64,000 nt of DNA from Acidobacteriota bacterium. GTDB taxonomy: Bacteria; Acidobacteriota; Thermoanaerobaculia; Multivoradales; JAGPDF01. The stretch spans positions 113,141 to 177,140 of the forward strand of contig BTUO01000002.1 in the NCBI GenBank assembly GCA_045862895.1. Direction: 5' to 3'. Each line of letters begins with the position of its first letter. Within the stretch, counting starts at the first letter, position 1. The notes under the pieces were generated by a model, which saw only the letters and a program-made list of their open reading frames with translations, made no database searches and was not told the origin of the DNA. Below are positions 39,501-49,040 of the stretch, in pieces. The position numbers and the translations under genes are program-made.

Positions 39501-39835
39501 AGCGCGTCGCTCCGCGCGCGGAAGGCTCGGAGACCCGCCGGCTCCGCGAGCTGGTCGCGCTGGCGCGCGGAGAGCTGGCGCTCGCGCGGGGAGATCACGC
39601 CGCGGCGCGCGCTCTCTTCGCGGAGCTGCTCGAGGAGAGCCGGCGCCGCGGACTGGTGGTCGGCGCGCTCGAGGCGCGGGTCGCGCTGGCGCGCGTCGCG
39701 TTGGCGGCGGGCGAGCCGGCCGGTCGGGAGCTCGCGGCCGAGACCGCGCGGGAGGCCCGGCGGATCGGCTGCGGAAGACTGCTGGCGCGGCTCGGCTCGC
39801 CGGCCGGGGCGGAGCCGTCCACGCCGCGAATGTGA
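36506..39835 (+). CDS. Ser/Thr protein kinase with TM, TolB_N-like and TPR domains
   Basis: GRGTSG, VALK, HRDFKSSN, DFG, GTPAYMAPE; TM helix; multiple TPRs. Confidence 0.88.
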   Translation: MERETSDPRPRAAPVVEPAFGVDDLVAGRYRVRRYLGRGTSGEVYAVADLELGTEVALKALRPAGGDGEVQTERFRREVLLARRVSHPNVCRIFDLGVHLLERPGAVPRPIRFLTMELLEGRTLLRRIEEEGPLPEADAVALARQLCAALAAAHAAGVVHRDFKSSNVLLVGAATGERAVITDFGLARDQELPSGASNLTGTGGVLGTPAYMAPEQVEGRRATARSDLYALGVVLYEMVTGRLPFEGETPLSVAVKRLQTEPTPVEQHRGDLSLRFRGVLRRLLEREPRDRFADALEVPRALDGELAAGVPRRRRRQLAFALVAVVAVATAWVLWRPRPAPPDATDAAAPATRERVSIAVIGLRNAAGDPAAAWLSGALAEMLTSELAVAESLRVVPGETVARALADLGVAPSDAFGSDTLERLRRALGVRWVLAGGYTALGERAGGALRLDLRLQRADGGTGERSLPVEGSEAELFDLVSNAGRQLRAALGAREPEAAVVAGALGALPATEEAVRLYADGLARLRAGDPLAARELLEATVAADPESALGWSALARAWQDLGYAERARTAAETAWRLGGRLGRSEALAVEARYRLAAGETEAALDNLRALWRFYPDDPEQGLALADALVDADRSREALGIVAQLRELPGSVRDDPRIDLVAARAAEGLSDFAGALEAARAAFAKATAAESRNLGARARWEEGLALRKLGRAAESRGALLAARSGFAEVGDRAGVARTLNQLADLERVEGHLDQAAALYAEARSTYAAIGNRPREARVELMQGLLMSERGDVAGAAATYESALAKLREAGDRRGAAAALANLGSMRYQLGDLEGALARQREALAEFRALGDEARALVSLQNHAMIQQELGDFAAAAAALDEELGIARRIGDRAGEGYALKGLGDLAAERGDFDLALGRYAEAREVFRAAGQEIWVPRVDLAAAIVARESGDVAAAERELERVASVFESAGSEGELDEARLERARSLVALDRLSEGAELLERVAPRAEGSETRRLRELVALARGELALARGDHAAARALFAELLEESRRRGLVVGALEARVALARVALAAGEPAGRELAAETAREARRIGCGRLLARLGSPAGAEPSTPRM

Positions 39836-40002
39836 AGCGGCGGACAGCGCGGCGCGCGCCGGTCTGCGAATCTCGAGTCGCCCTCCTTGGGTCCCTCCTC
39901 CGCGGCGCCGGAGGCCGAATGCCTCCGGCGCCGCCCCTTCTTGCGCGACACCGAATCGTCGCCCCGGACCGACCCGATCCGGACTGCTAGAGTCCGCCGC
40001 CC

Positions 40003-41154
40003 GTGTCGCCCCGCCGCTTCCTGGTTTCGCTGCCGTTCGTGCGCATCTGGACCATCGCCTTCGCGGCGATGGCGGGTGGTTTCCTGCTCTTTCCGACCGC
40101 GCCGAAGCGGCTGAAGGAGCTCGGGGCGCCGCTGTGGGCCGTCGGTCTGTTGCTGACCCTGCTGACCTTCGGCTCGGCGGTCTCGGCGGCCTGGACCGGA
40201 GCCCTCGGCGATCTGCTCGGGCGCCGCCGCGTCCTGACCACGGCGGGCGTCGTGCTCGCCGCTTTCGCCGCGCTCTACTCGGTGCTCGAGATCTGGTGGG
40301 CGATGCCGCTGCTGGGGCTGGTCCACGGCGTCGTCTGGTCGGCGCTGCTGACCGGCGGCAGCGCGGAGGCGACGGCGATCATCCCGGTCGAGCGCCGGGC
40401 CGAGGGGATCGGTTGGTTCGGGATGGCGTCGACGCTCGCCATCGTCGTGGCGCCGGCTGCCGGTTTCTGGCTGTCCGAGCGCCGCGACTGGCAGTGGGTG
40501 TGCGCGGCGATCGTGACGCTCGACCTCGCCGTGGCGCTGTTGGCGAGCCGGCTGCCGGCGGCGCCTCCGCCGCAGCCGGGGTGGTGGCGTCACCTGGCGC
40601 CGAAGCGCGCGGTCGAGTGGCGCGTGCTGCGCTCCTCGACCGTGCTGATGCTGGTCGCGTTCGGCTACGGCGGTTCGACCAGCTTCGTCGCGCTGCTCGC
40701 CGAGGAGCGGGGGATCGAGCCGAAGGGGATCTTCTTCACCGCCTTCGCGCTCTCGATCCTGGTCCTGCGCCCGGCGCTCGGGCCGATGGTCGACCGCGTC
40801 GGGGCGCGGCGCGCGCTGCCGCCGTCGATCGCGCTGGCCGCGGCCGGCCTGGCGCTGGTGCCGTTCCAGCGCGACGCGGCCGGCCTGGCGGTGGCGGCGC
40901 TGGTCTTCGGCGCCGGATTCTCGACGCTCTATCCCGCCTTCTCGACGCTGATGCTGTCCCGGGTCGCCCCCGAGCGCCACGGCGCCGCCTTCGGCGCGAT
41001 GCTCGCGGCGTTCGACGTCGGCATCGGCACGGGCTCGTTCGCCTTCGGCCCTCTGGTCGCCCGCTTCGGGCCGGAAGCCGCCTTTCTGACCGGCGGAGCG
41101 CTGGCGTTCGCGGCGTGGCCGCTGCTCCGGATCCTCGAGCCCGAGACGCGCTGA
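40003..41154 (+). CDS. MFS transporter
   Basis: About 12 TM helices; GALGDLLGRR and VDRVGARR motif A. Confidence 0.88.
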   Translation: MSPRRFLVSLPFVRIWTIAFAAMAGGFLLFPTAPKRLKELGAPLWAVGLLLTLLTFGSAVSAAWTGALGDLLGRRRVLTTAGVVLAAFAALYSVLEIWWAMPLLGLVHGVVWSALLTGGSAEATAIIPVERRAEGIGWFGMASTLAIVVAPAAGFWLSERRDWQWVCAAIVTLDLAVALLASRLPAAPPPQPGWWRHLAPKRAVEWRVLRSSTVLMLVAFGYGGSTSFVALLAEERGIEPKGIFFTAFALSILVLRPALGPMVDRVGARRALPPSIALAAAGLALVPFQRDAAGLAVAALVFGAGFSTLYPAFSTLMLSRVAPERHGAAFGAMLAAFDVGIGTGSFAFGPLVARFGPEAAFLTGGALAFAAWPLLRILEPETR

Positions 41155-41157
41155 CGC

Positions 41158-42432
41158 TCAGCGAACCCGCAGCGACCAGAGGCCGGTCCCTCCGGTCTCG
41201 AAGTCGTCGTGGAACAGGTCGACGCCCCCTCCCGGCAGCGACGCGTCGCAGGGCGCGGCGGTCGAGTACTCGATGGCGCCGAGGTCCGGAGCGCCGTCGC
41301 GGCGCAGGTGCCCGCAGAAGTCGGGCACGTCGGTGCCGGTGGCGACCCCCTGGTCGACGAAGGCGCTGCCGTCGGTGAGCGTCAGGTCGAGCGCGGCGGG
41401 ATCCTCGAACCAGAGATCGTAGGTGCCGAGCGCGAGCCCGGTCAGGTTGGCGATCGAGGTCGACGTGCCGCCGTCGCGATTGCGAATCTGGCCCGAGACC
41501 AGGTTGTTGCGGATGGTCGCGGTCGACGCCGCGAAACGGACGTCGATGCCGGTGTTGGTGATCAGGGTGTTGTGCTCGATCCGGGTCGCGGCGGCTTCGT
41601 TGAGGTAGATGCCGACGTCGGCGGGGCAGTGGGCGATCACGTTGTTGCGCAGCACGCCGTTCTGGTGCTCCGGCGTGCAGGTGCCGTCCTCGCAGATCGA
41701 GCCCGGCCCGGAGCCGCCGCCGCCGAAGGAGAGCCCGAGCCGCACGCCGCCGGCGGTCGCGTCCTCGCAGATCACCAGGTTGCGTTCGAAGATCCCGTCG
41801 CGCGAGTTGCCCTTGAGAAAGGCCGAGTAGGAGACGTTGTCGCCGCCCCCCTTCTCGCCGTCGCGAATGAGGTTGGCGCGCACCCGCCAGCGCCGGCCGC
41901 CGACGACGTCGATCTTGGTCACCGGATTCGAGGTGTTGCGGGCCCGGCTGTCGGAGAGCTCGCAGCGCTCGACCACGACGTCGTCCGGGAACTGGCCGCC
42001 GGTGATGTTCGACTTGATCTGGGCGTTGAAGTCGCGCACGCGGCAGTCGCGGATGCGCAGGAAGTCGGCGTTGCCGAAGACGTGGAAGGCGTGCTCGCAG
42101 TCGGAGTCGATCGCGCAGACGCCGACGACGTCGAGGTTCTCGAACACCCAGTGCGGCGCCGAGACCTTGAAACCCTCGACCGCGTCGAAGCGGATCAGCG
42201 CGTCGCCGAACGCCACCGAGCGCACCTTGATCGGCGCTTCGGGCGTCCCGGCCGCGTCGCAGTTCAGGTTCTGGGTCACGGTGTAGGTCCCGGGCGCGAG
42301 CGTGATCTCGTCGCCCGGCTGCGCGGTGTCGATCGCCGCGACGAGCTGGGCGGTGCTGGCGACCGGCACCACGTCGGCCGCGGCGACGGTGGGTGCCAGC
42401 ACGAGCAGGCCGAAGCAGTCTGCGATTCTCAC
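41158..42432 (-). CDS. Secreted right-handed beta-helix (pectin-lyase fold) protein with DxFE tail
   Basis: GAGGAGG RBS before GTG42432; AQPGDEITLAPGTY; parallel beta-helix Asn repeats; PDLGAIEY; tail LFHDDFETGGTGLWS. Confidence 0.8.
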   Translation of the reverse strand: MRIADCFGLLVLAPTVAAADVVPVASTAQLVAAIDTAQPGDEITLAPGTYTVTQNLNCDAAGTPEAPIKVRSVAFGDALIRFDAVEGFKVSAPHWVFENLDVVGVCAIDSDCEHAFHVFGNADFLRIRDCRVRDFNAQIKSNITGGQFPDDVVVERCELSDSRARNTSNPVTKIDVVGGRRWRVRANLIRDGEKGGGDNVSYSAFLKGNSRDGIFERNLVICEDATAGGVRLGLSFGGGGSGPGSICEDGTCTPEHQNGVLRNNVIAHCPADVGIYLNEAAATRIEHNTLITNTGIDVRFAASTATIRNNLVSGQIRNRDGGTSTSIANLTGLALGTYDLWFEDPAALDLTLTDGSAFVDQGVATGTDVPDFCGHLRRDGAPDLGAIEYSTAAPCDASLPGGGVDLFHDDFETGGTGLWSLRVR

Positions 42433-42568
42433 GAGACCCTCCTCAGGATCGAGCCTGGAGTCGAGCTCGTTCTGCCACGGCGCTCCGTTCCCGTCAACGA
42501 CATCCTCCACGGCCGGCGCCTGCGCCCGCGATCGCTATGATCGGGCCACCACCCCGAAGGGAGGCCCG

Positions 42569-45163
42569 ATGGACCGGCAGCGCTGGCAGCGCCTCTGGGA
42601 CCTCTTCCACGACGCCCTCGAGCGCCGGCCGGAGGAACGCTCGGCCTATCTCGAGGGTGCCTGCGAAGACGCTGCGCTGCGCGCGGAGGTCGAGCGGATG
42701 CTGGCCGCCCACGCGACGACCGGCGCGCCGGTGCTGCCGACCTCGCCGGACCTCGCTCCGGTGTTCGACGGAGCCCGTCCCGCCGCGAGCCTGCTCGGCA
42801 CGACCATCGGGCCCTACCGGCTGGAGCGGCTGCTCGGCGAGGGCGGGATGGGGGTCGTCTACGAAGCGGCGCAGGAGGAGCCGATCCGGCGCAGCGTCGC
42901 GCTCAAGGTGATCCGCCAGGGCATGGAGAGTCGCGAAGCGGTCGCCCGCTTCGAGGCCGAGCGCCAGGCGCTGGCGGCGATGAGCCACCCCGACATCGCC
43001 ACGGTGCACGATGCCGGGCTGACCCGCGACGGGCGCCCCTATTTCGTGATGGAAAGGGTCGAAGGAGTTCCGATCACGCAGTACGCGGAACGGGAGCGCC
43101 TCGACCTGCGGCACCGCGTCGAGCTCTTCGTCCGGATCTGCCGCGCGGTGGAGCACGCCCATCGGCGCGGCATCCTGCATCGCGACCTCAAGCCCGCGAA
43201 TCTCCTGGTGTCGAGCAGCGAGACCGGCGCGCGGCCCAAGGTCATCGACTTCGGCGTCGCCAAGGCGACCGGCGGCGAAGCGCGCGGCGGCGCGCTGGAA
43301 ACGCGAGCCGGGCGGCTGATCGGCACGCCGGAGTACATGAGCCCGGAGCAGGCGGCGATGAGCGCCGACATCGATACGCGCGCCGACGTCTACTCGCTCG
43401 GTGTCTGCCTGTACGAGCTGTTGACCGGCGAGCTGCCGTTCGACTTCCGCGACACCCCCTATCCGGAAGTGGCGCGCGCGCTGCGCGAGCGCGAGCCGGA
43501 ACGGCCGAGCCGCAGGGCCTCCTCCGCCGCACCCTGCGCCGACGGGTCGCAGCGCGGGCGCGCCGAGCGTGCCCGCGCGCTGCGCGGCGACCTCGATTGG
43601 ATCGTGCTGCGCGCCCTCGAGAAGGACCGCGCCCGCCGCTACGGTTCGGCGGCGGCGCTCGCCGACGATCTCGAGCGCCACCTGCGCGACGAGCCGGTGG
43701 CGGCGGGTCCGCCGAGCGCCGGATACCGACTGCGGAAGTTCGTGCGACGGCACCGGGTCGGCGTCGCCGCCTCGCTGGCGCTCGGGCTGGCGCTGTTCGC
43801 GGGCGTGGCGGCGACCAGCCGGATGGCGTGGATCGCGGAGCGGGAGCGGCGGGCCGCGGTGCGCGAGGCGGAGGTCTCGCTCGCCGTCCGCGGCTTCCTG
43901 GAAAGGATGCTCGCCGCCGCGGATCCCCGTGGCGACGCGGCGATCGTGGCGGTGCCGCGGGAGGTCCGGGTCGCCGAGGTCCTCGACCACGCGGCGCGCG
44001 GCCTCGACGCCGGCTTCGACGGACCGACGGAGGTCGAGGCGGCCCTGCGCCAGGTCCTGGGCCGCACCTATCGCGGGCTCGGTCTCGCCGACCGCGCCGA
44101 GCCGCAGCTCGAGCGCGCCGTGGCACTGCGCGAGGCGAGCGCCGACGGCGACGAGGCGGCCGCGATCGAGGCCGGGGTCGAGCTCGCGGGCCTGCGACTC
44201 GACCAGGGGCGCTATGAGGAGGCCGAGGCCAGGCTGCGCGCGCTCGCGACGCGCGCCCGGGAGCGCCTGGGCGGATCGGACCCGCTGACGCTGCGCGTCG
44301 TTAGCCAGCTCAACGACGCGCTGTTCGAGCAGGGCAAGGTCGAGGAGGCGGTCGCGCTCTACCGCGAAACGCTGGCGCGCTGTCGGCGCGAGCTCGGCGA
44401 GCGCCATCCGGTGACGCTCCAGGTGCTCCACAACCTCGGGGCGGTGTTGAACCGCAAAGGGGAGTCGCAGGAGGCGATCGCCGTCTACCGCGAGGCGGTG
44501 ACCGGCCACGAAGCGGAGTTCGGCGCGGACCACCCGAACACCCTGCAGGCGGTGGGCAACCTGGCCGCGGCGGTGATGGCCGGTGGCGAGCTCGGGGAGG
44601 CGGAGCGCCTGCTGCGTCGGGCCGAGACGGGCCTCGTGCGGACGCTGGGCGCCGAACACGCCGACACGCTGCGCACGCGCAACAACCTGGGCGCCGTGCT
44701 CTGGCGTCAGGGGCGCCTCGGCGATGCCGGGGAGATCTGGAGCCAGGTGCTCGCCGGCTACCGCAAGACCCTCGGCCCGGATCATCCGCTGGTGCTGGTC
44801 ACTACCGCCAACATCGCGCGGGTGACCCAGGACCTCGGTCGGCTCGACGAGGCGGAGCGGCTCTATCGCGACCTCGTCACCCGAGCCGAGCGCACGCTGC
44901 CGCCGGGGCACTTCAACCTCCACCTCTATCGCGGCGGCCTCGGCGTCTGTCTGATGGAGCGCGGCGCGTACGACGAGGCCGAACGGTGGCTTCTCGAGAG
45001 CCACCGTGGCCATCTCGCGGCGCACGGCCCGCAGCACCCGCGCTCGGCGCAGTCGATCGAGCGGCTGGTCGACCTCTACGAGCGCTGGGGCCGCGCCCGG
45101 GAGGCCGCGCGCTTCCGCGCTCTGATCCCGAGGAGCAGTGCGAGCGCCGCCGGTTCGGGTTAG
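42569..45163 (+). CDS. Ser/Thr protein kinase with TPR repeats (ECF-associated type)
   Basis: MDRQRWQRLWDLF N-terminus, GEGGMG, HRDLKPAN, DFG, GTPEYMSPE, GDLDWIV; kinesin-light-chain-like TPRs (GxDHP). Confidence 0.92.
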   Translation: MDRQRWQRLWDLFHDALERRPEERSAYLEGACEDAALRAEVERMLAAHATTGAPVLPTSPDLAPVFDGARPAASLLGTTIGPYRLERLLGEGGMGVVYEAAQEEPIRRSVALKVIRQGMESREAVARFEAERQALAAMSHPDIATVHDAGLTRDGRPYFVMERVEGVPITQYAERERLDLRHRVELFVRICRAVEHAHRRGILHRDLKPANLLVSSSETGARPKVIDFGVAKATGGEARGGALETRAGRLIGTPEYMSPEQAAMSADIDTRADVYSLGVCLYELLTGELPFDFRDTPYPEVARALREREPERPSRRASSAAPCADGSQRGRAERARALRGDLDWIVLRALEKDRARRYGSAAALADDLERHLRDEPVAAGPPSAGYRLRKFVRRHRVGVAASLALGLALFAGVAATSRMAWIAERERRAAVREAEVSLAVRGFLERMLAAADPRGDAAIVAVPREVRVAEVLDHAARGLDAGFDGPTEVEAALRQVLGRTYRGLGLADRAEPQLERAVALREASADGDEAAAIEAGVELAGLRLDQGRYEEAEARLRALATRARERLGGSDPLTLRVVSQLNDALFEQGKVEEAVALYRETLARCRRELGERHPVTLQVLHNLGAVLNRKGESQEAIAVYREAVTGHEAEFGADHPNTLQAVGNLAAAVMAGGELGEAERLLRRAETGLVRTLGAEHADTLRTRNNLGAVLWRQGRLGDAGEIWSQVLAGYRKTLGPDHPLVLVTTANIARVTQDLGRLDEAERLYRDLVTRAERTLPPGHFNLHLYRGGLGVCLMERGAYDEAERWLLESHRGHLAAHGPQHPRSAQSIERLVDLYERWGRAREAARFRALIPRSSASAAGSG

Positions 45164-45753
45164 ATCCGTTCGGAGGGCGCGGAGCCGCCCAGCTCGGCCC
45201 GCAGCCAGGCGCGGGCGGCCGTCCATTGCCGGTTGACGGAGCGCGGCGACAGCTCGAGCGCGGCGGCGGTCTCTTCTACGGTCATGCCGGCGAAGTAACG
45301 CATCTTCACAACCGCCGCCATCTCCGCGTCCTGCTCGTCGAGCCGCGCGAGGGCGCGATCGAGATCGAGGAGCTGTTCGGAGCCGACCTCGACCGCGAAC
45401 GCGCCCTCGTCGAACGTCGTGCGGCGCGGGTCGCTACCGCGCTTCAGGCGAGAGCGGCCACGGGCGCGCTCGATCAGGATCCGGCGCATCGCCTCGGCGG
45501 CGGCGGCGAAGAAGTGGCCGCGGTTGCGCCAGGTCGCCGCGCCAGCGGAACCGACCAGGCGCAGGTAGGCCTCGTGGACCAGGCCGGTCGGGCGCAGCGA
45601 ATCGCCCGGCCGCTCGCGCGCCATGCGCGCACGGGCGAGCTTGCGCAGCTCCTCGTAGAGCAGCGGGAGCAGCTCGTCGCTGGCGCGCGCGTCGCCGTCG
45701 CTGGCGGCTTCGAGCAGGCTGGCGACTCGGGAATTCGGCGCGGTCTCGTCCAT
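45160..45753 (-). CDS. ECF-type RNA polymerase sigma factor (kinase-associated, ECF43-like)
   Basis: LYEELRKLA, LRPTGLVHEAYLRL, HFFAAAAEAMRRIL, WTAARAWL. Confidence 0.9.
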   Translation of the reverse strand: MDETAPNSRVASLLEAASDGDARASDELLPLLYEELRKLARARMARERPGDSLRPTGLVHEAYLRLVGSAGAATWRNRGHFFAAAAEAMRRILIERARGRSRLKRGSDPRRTTFDEGAFAVEVGSEQLLDLDRALARLDEQDAEMAAVVKMRYFAGMTVEETAAALELSPRSVNRQWTAARAWLRAELGGSAPSERI

Positions 45754-45847
45754 CGGTCTGGCTCTCGGCGGGTACGCCGAGAGCCAGACTATCGAATCCG
45801 GCTCGCGCCTCCGGGCCGCACTCGCCGAGGAGCGCGCCGCGCCGTCG

Positions 45848-46453
45848 TCAGGACACGCTCGCGCTCCACTTCGAAGTGTCGCCGCTCTCGAAGCCGTCGA
45901 GGAAGATCGGTCCGAACGCGGCCTCGAGGGAGGCGTCGTCGAGCAGAGCGTCGACCGGCGGCCCGCCGGAAGTCGCCGACGGCACGAACAGGATCCGCAC
46001 GCTGGCGGTGTCCGCCAGCGAGTCGAAGGTCTCCGTGTAGAGGGTCCAGGCGAGCGGCGGGAGGAAGTACTGCGAGAAGTCGACGGCCTGACCGAAGCCG
46101 GCGCAGGTGGGGTTGGGATAGACGAACGCGAACAGGGTCAAGCCGGTGGTGTCGCCGCCGTGCGCGAGCGCGATCTCGTACTCGAAGGTCTGCGGGTGCG
46201 CGAGCGCCGACAGGTCGACGCACTGGCCGACCTGGCACTCCGACGCGTCGGTGCAGGAGAGCGCCCCAGGACTGGTGCGCCCGCCGGCCGCGACCCAGGC
46301 GGCGGCCCCCGTCCAGCTCCACGGCAGCGGTCCGCCGTCGAGGCCGGGGTTGCGGGCGAGGTTGGTCTGGGCGTGCGCGGAGGCGGCGAGTCCGGCCGCG
46401 AAGAGCACGGCGACGGCGCTTCGGCAATGGCGCTGGCGAGACGAGCGATCCAT
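45848..46453 (-). CDS. Secreted hypothetical protein (CBM-like) with DGFESGD tail
   Basis: AGGAG RBS, signal peptide ending AHA, NLARNPGLD start, tail PIFLDGFESGDTSKWS. Confidence 0.75.
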   Translation of the reverse strand: MDRSSRQRHCRSAVAVLFAAGLAASAHAQTNLARNPGLDGGPLPWSWTGAAAWVAAGGRTSPGALSCTDASECQVGQCVDLSALAHPQTFEYEIALAHGGDTTGLTLFAFVYPNPTCAGFGQAVDFSQYFLPPLAWTLYTETFDSLADTASVRILFVPSATSGGPPVDALLDDASLEAAFGPIFLDGFESGDTSKWSASVS

Positions 46454-46608
46454 GGTCTTCTCCTTTCGTCGCCGATCGGGGCGACGCTCGAATCGACCAT
46501 GCGCCGGGACGGGAGAAACCGCGCCAGGATGCCTCCGACCGCGAGCCTGGGGCGCGAATCGTCGCGCCTTTTCCCTACTGCTCGAAGGTGTTCAGCGACC
46601 GGGACCTT

Positions 46609-49017
46609 TTACAGCCCGAAGTCGGGGAGCTTCGTCGGCTTCGCTTCGCGCACCGAGGCGTAGACGGCGCGGAAGACCTCCTCGCGCGAGGGCTTGGAGA
46701 AGTAGTCGCCGTCGGAGCCGTAGGCGGGGCGGTGCTCGCGGCCGGTGACGGTCGCCGGGGCGCCGTCGAGCCACCAGAAGCCACCGGCGCGCTCGAGGAT
46801 CTGCTGGAGCATGTAGGCCGAGGCGCCGCCGGGGACGTCCTCGTCGACGATCACCAGGCGACCGGTCTTCTCCAGGCTCTCGACGATCCGACCGTCCCGG
46901 TCGAACGGGAGCAGGGTCTGGACGTCGATCACCTCGGCGTCGACGCCGGCGCGCGCGAGCAGCTCGGCGGCGTCGAGCGCGATCCGGCAGCAGGCGCCGT
47001 AAGTCACCACCGTGACGTCGGTCCCCGCGCGAAGGACCTCCGGCACGCCGAGCGGAACGCGGAAGTCGCCGACGTTGGCCGGCAGTCGCTCCTTGTGGCG
47101 GTAGCCGTTGAGCACCTCGACGACGATCGCCGGGTCGTCGGCGGCGAGCAGCGTGTTGTACATGCCGGCCGCCTGGGTCATGTCGCGCGGCACGCAGACC
47201 CACATGCCGCGCACCAGGTGGACCAAGCCGCCCATCGGCGAGCCCGAGTGCCAGATCCCCTCGAGCCGGTGGCCGCGGGTGCGCACGACGACGGGCGCCG
47301 CCTGGCGGCCAGCGGTGCGCCAGCGCAGCGTCGCGAGGTCGTCGGAGAGCGTCTGCAGACCGTAGAGCACGTAGTCGAGGTACTGGATCTCGGCGATCGG
47401 CCGCAGGCCGCGCATCGCCAGCCCGATCGCCTGTCCCATGATCGTCTGCTCGCGGATGCCGGTGTCGGCCACGCGCAGCGCTCCGTGCTTCGCCTGCAGG
47501 CCGTGCAGCCCCTGGTTCACGTCGCCGAGCTGGCCGACGTCCTCGCCGAAGGCGACCAGCTCCGGCATCCTTGAGAGCGCCGCGTCGAAGCAGGCGTTGA
47601 GCACCTCGAAGCCGTTGACCGTCGGCGAGTCGTCGCGGTAGCTCGCCGCGACTGGCGCCACCCCGAGCACCGAGCGCGCGCCAGGAGCGACCAGGTCGGA
47701 GCCGTAGCGCTCCTCGTTGGCGACGCGGTGGCGCTCGGTCCAGGCCGCGAGCTCGGCGCGCGCCGACGAGGTCTCGCCGAGCGTCGCCACCAGGATGTCG
47801 TGGGCCGCCACCTGGAGGTGGCGGCGCAGCACCGGCTGGTTGCGGTCGACGGCGGCGAGCACCTGCTCGATCGCCGCCTTGGCCGGCGAAGCGGCGGCGA
47901 GCGCGCCGGCGAGCCCGGCCAGCTCGCCGTGCTCGGCGCGCATCGGCTGCTGGAAGGCTTCCCAGGCGCGGCGCTGGGCGTCGCGCGCGGCAGTGAGCGC
48001 GTCGTGCTCGAGGGCGTCGAGCTCCTCGGCGCCGGCGATCCCCTGCTCGATCATCCAGCCGCGCATCCGGCGCAGGCCGTCGTGCGACTCCTCGAAGGCG
48101 AGCCGCTGCTTGGACTTGTAGCGCTCGTGCGAGCCCGAGGTCGAATGCCCCTGCGGCTGGGTCACCTCCTGGACGTGGAGGATCGCCGGCACGTGCTCGC
48201 GGCGGGCGAGCTCGGTGACTTCGAGGTAGGTGTCGACCAGTGCCGGGTAGTCCCAACCCTTGACCGCGCGCAGCTCGAGCCCGTCGCGCGCCCCCGGCCG
48301 GCGGCGGAACCCGGCGAGCAGCTCCGAGAGGTCGGCCTTGCAGTGCTGGTGCTCGTTGGGCACCGAGATGCCGTAGCCGTCGTCCCAGATCGACAGCACC
48401 ACCGGCGCGCGCAGCACGCCGATGGCGTTGATCGCCTCCCAGAAGTGCCCTTCGGCGCACGAAGCGTTGCCGATGGTGCCGAACGCGACTTCGTCGCCGT
48501 TGCGCGAAAAGCCGGTGCGCGCGGCGAGCCCTTCGATCTCGCGGTAGAGGCGCGAGGCGTAGCCGAGCCCGACCAGGCGCGGCATCTGGCCGGCGGTCGG
48601 CGACATGTCGGCCGAGCTGTGGACCTCGGTGGTCAGGTCGAGCCAGGCGCCGTCGTCGCCGCGCATCGCGGTCGCGAAGTGGGCGTTCATCTGGCGGCCG
48701 AAGGACGCCGGCTCGCGCTCGCGGTCGGCGTCGGCGTAGAGCTGGGCGAAGAACTGGTCGAGGGTCAGCCGGCCGACCGCCATCATGAAGGTCTGGTCGC
48801 GGTAGTAGCCGGAGCGCACGTCGCCGGGGCGAGCGGCGCGCGCCATGGCGAGCTGTGGCAGCTCCTTGCCGTCGCCGAAGATGCCGAACTTGCCCTTGCC
48901 GGTGAGCACCTCGCGGCGGCCGATCAGTGAGGCGTGCCGGCTCTGCCAGCCGATCCGGTAGTCGGCGAGCACGCTCTCGCGGGACAGCACGGCGGGGGCG
49001 GGGGCGATCTCGGTCAT
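46609..49017 (-). CDS. 2-oxoacid (branched-chain) dehydrogenase E1, fused alpha/beta subunits
   Basis: GKFGIFGDGKE, SGYYRDQT, GHSTSG, FGEDV, DTGIREQ, AEIQYLDY. Confidence 0.9.
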   Translation of the reverse strand: MTEIAPAPAVLSRESVLADYRIGWQSRHASLIGRREVLTGKGKFGIFGDGKELPQLAMARAARPGDVRSGYYRDQTFMMAVGRLTLDQFFAQLYADADREREPASFGRQMNAHFATAMRGDDGAWLDLTTEVHSSADMSPTAGQMPRLVGLGYASRLYREIEGLAARTGFSRNGDEVAFGTIGNASCAEGHFWEAINAIGVLRAPVVLSIWDDGYGISVPNEHQHCKADLSELLAGFRRRPGARDGLELRAVKGWDYPALVDTYLEVTELARREHVPAILHVQEVTQPQGHSTSGSHERYKSKQRLAFEESHDGLRRMRGWMIEQGIAGAEELDALEHDALTAARDAQRRAWEAFQQPMRAEHGELAGLAGALAAASPAKAAIEQVLAAVDRNQPVLRRHLQVAAHDILVATLGETSSARAELAAWTERHRVANEERYGSDLVAPGARSVLGVAPVAASYRDDSPTVNGFEVLNACFDAALSRMPELVAFGEDVGQLGDVNQGLHGLQAKHGALRVADTGIREQTIMGQAIGLAMRGLRPIAEIQYLDYVLYGLQTLSDDLATLRWRTAGRQAAPVVVRTRGHRLEGIWHSGSPMGGLVHLVRGMWVCVPRDMTQAAGMYNTLLAADDPAIVVEVLNGYRHKERLPANVGDFRVPLGVPEVLRAGTDVTVVTYGACCRIALDAAELLARAGVDAEVIDVQTLLPFDRDGRIVESLEKTGRLVIVDEDVPGGASAYMLQQILERAGGFWWLDGAPATVTGREHRPAYGSDGDYFSKPSREEVFRAVYASVREAKPTKLPDFGL

Positions 49018-49040
49018 GGCGGGCTTCCTCGGGACGGTCC

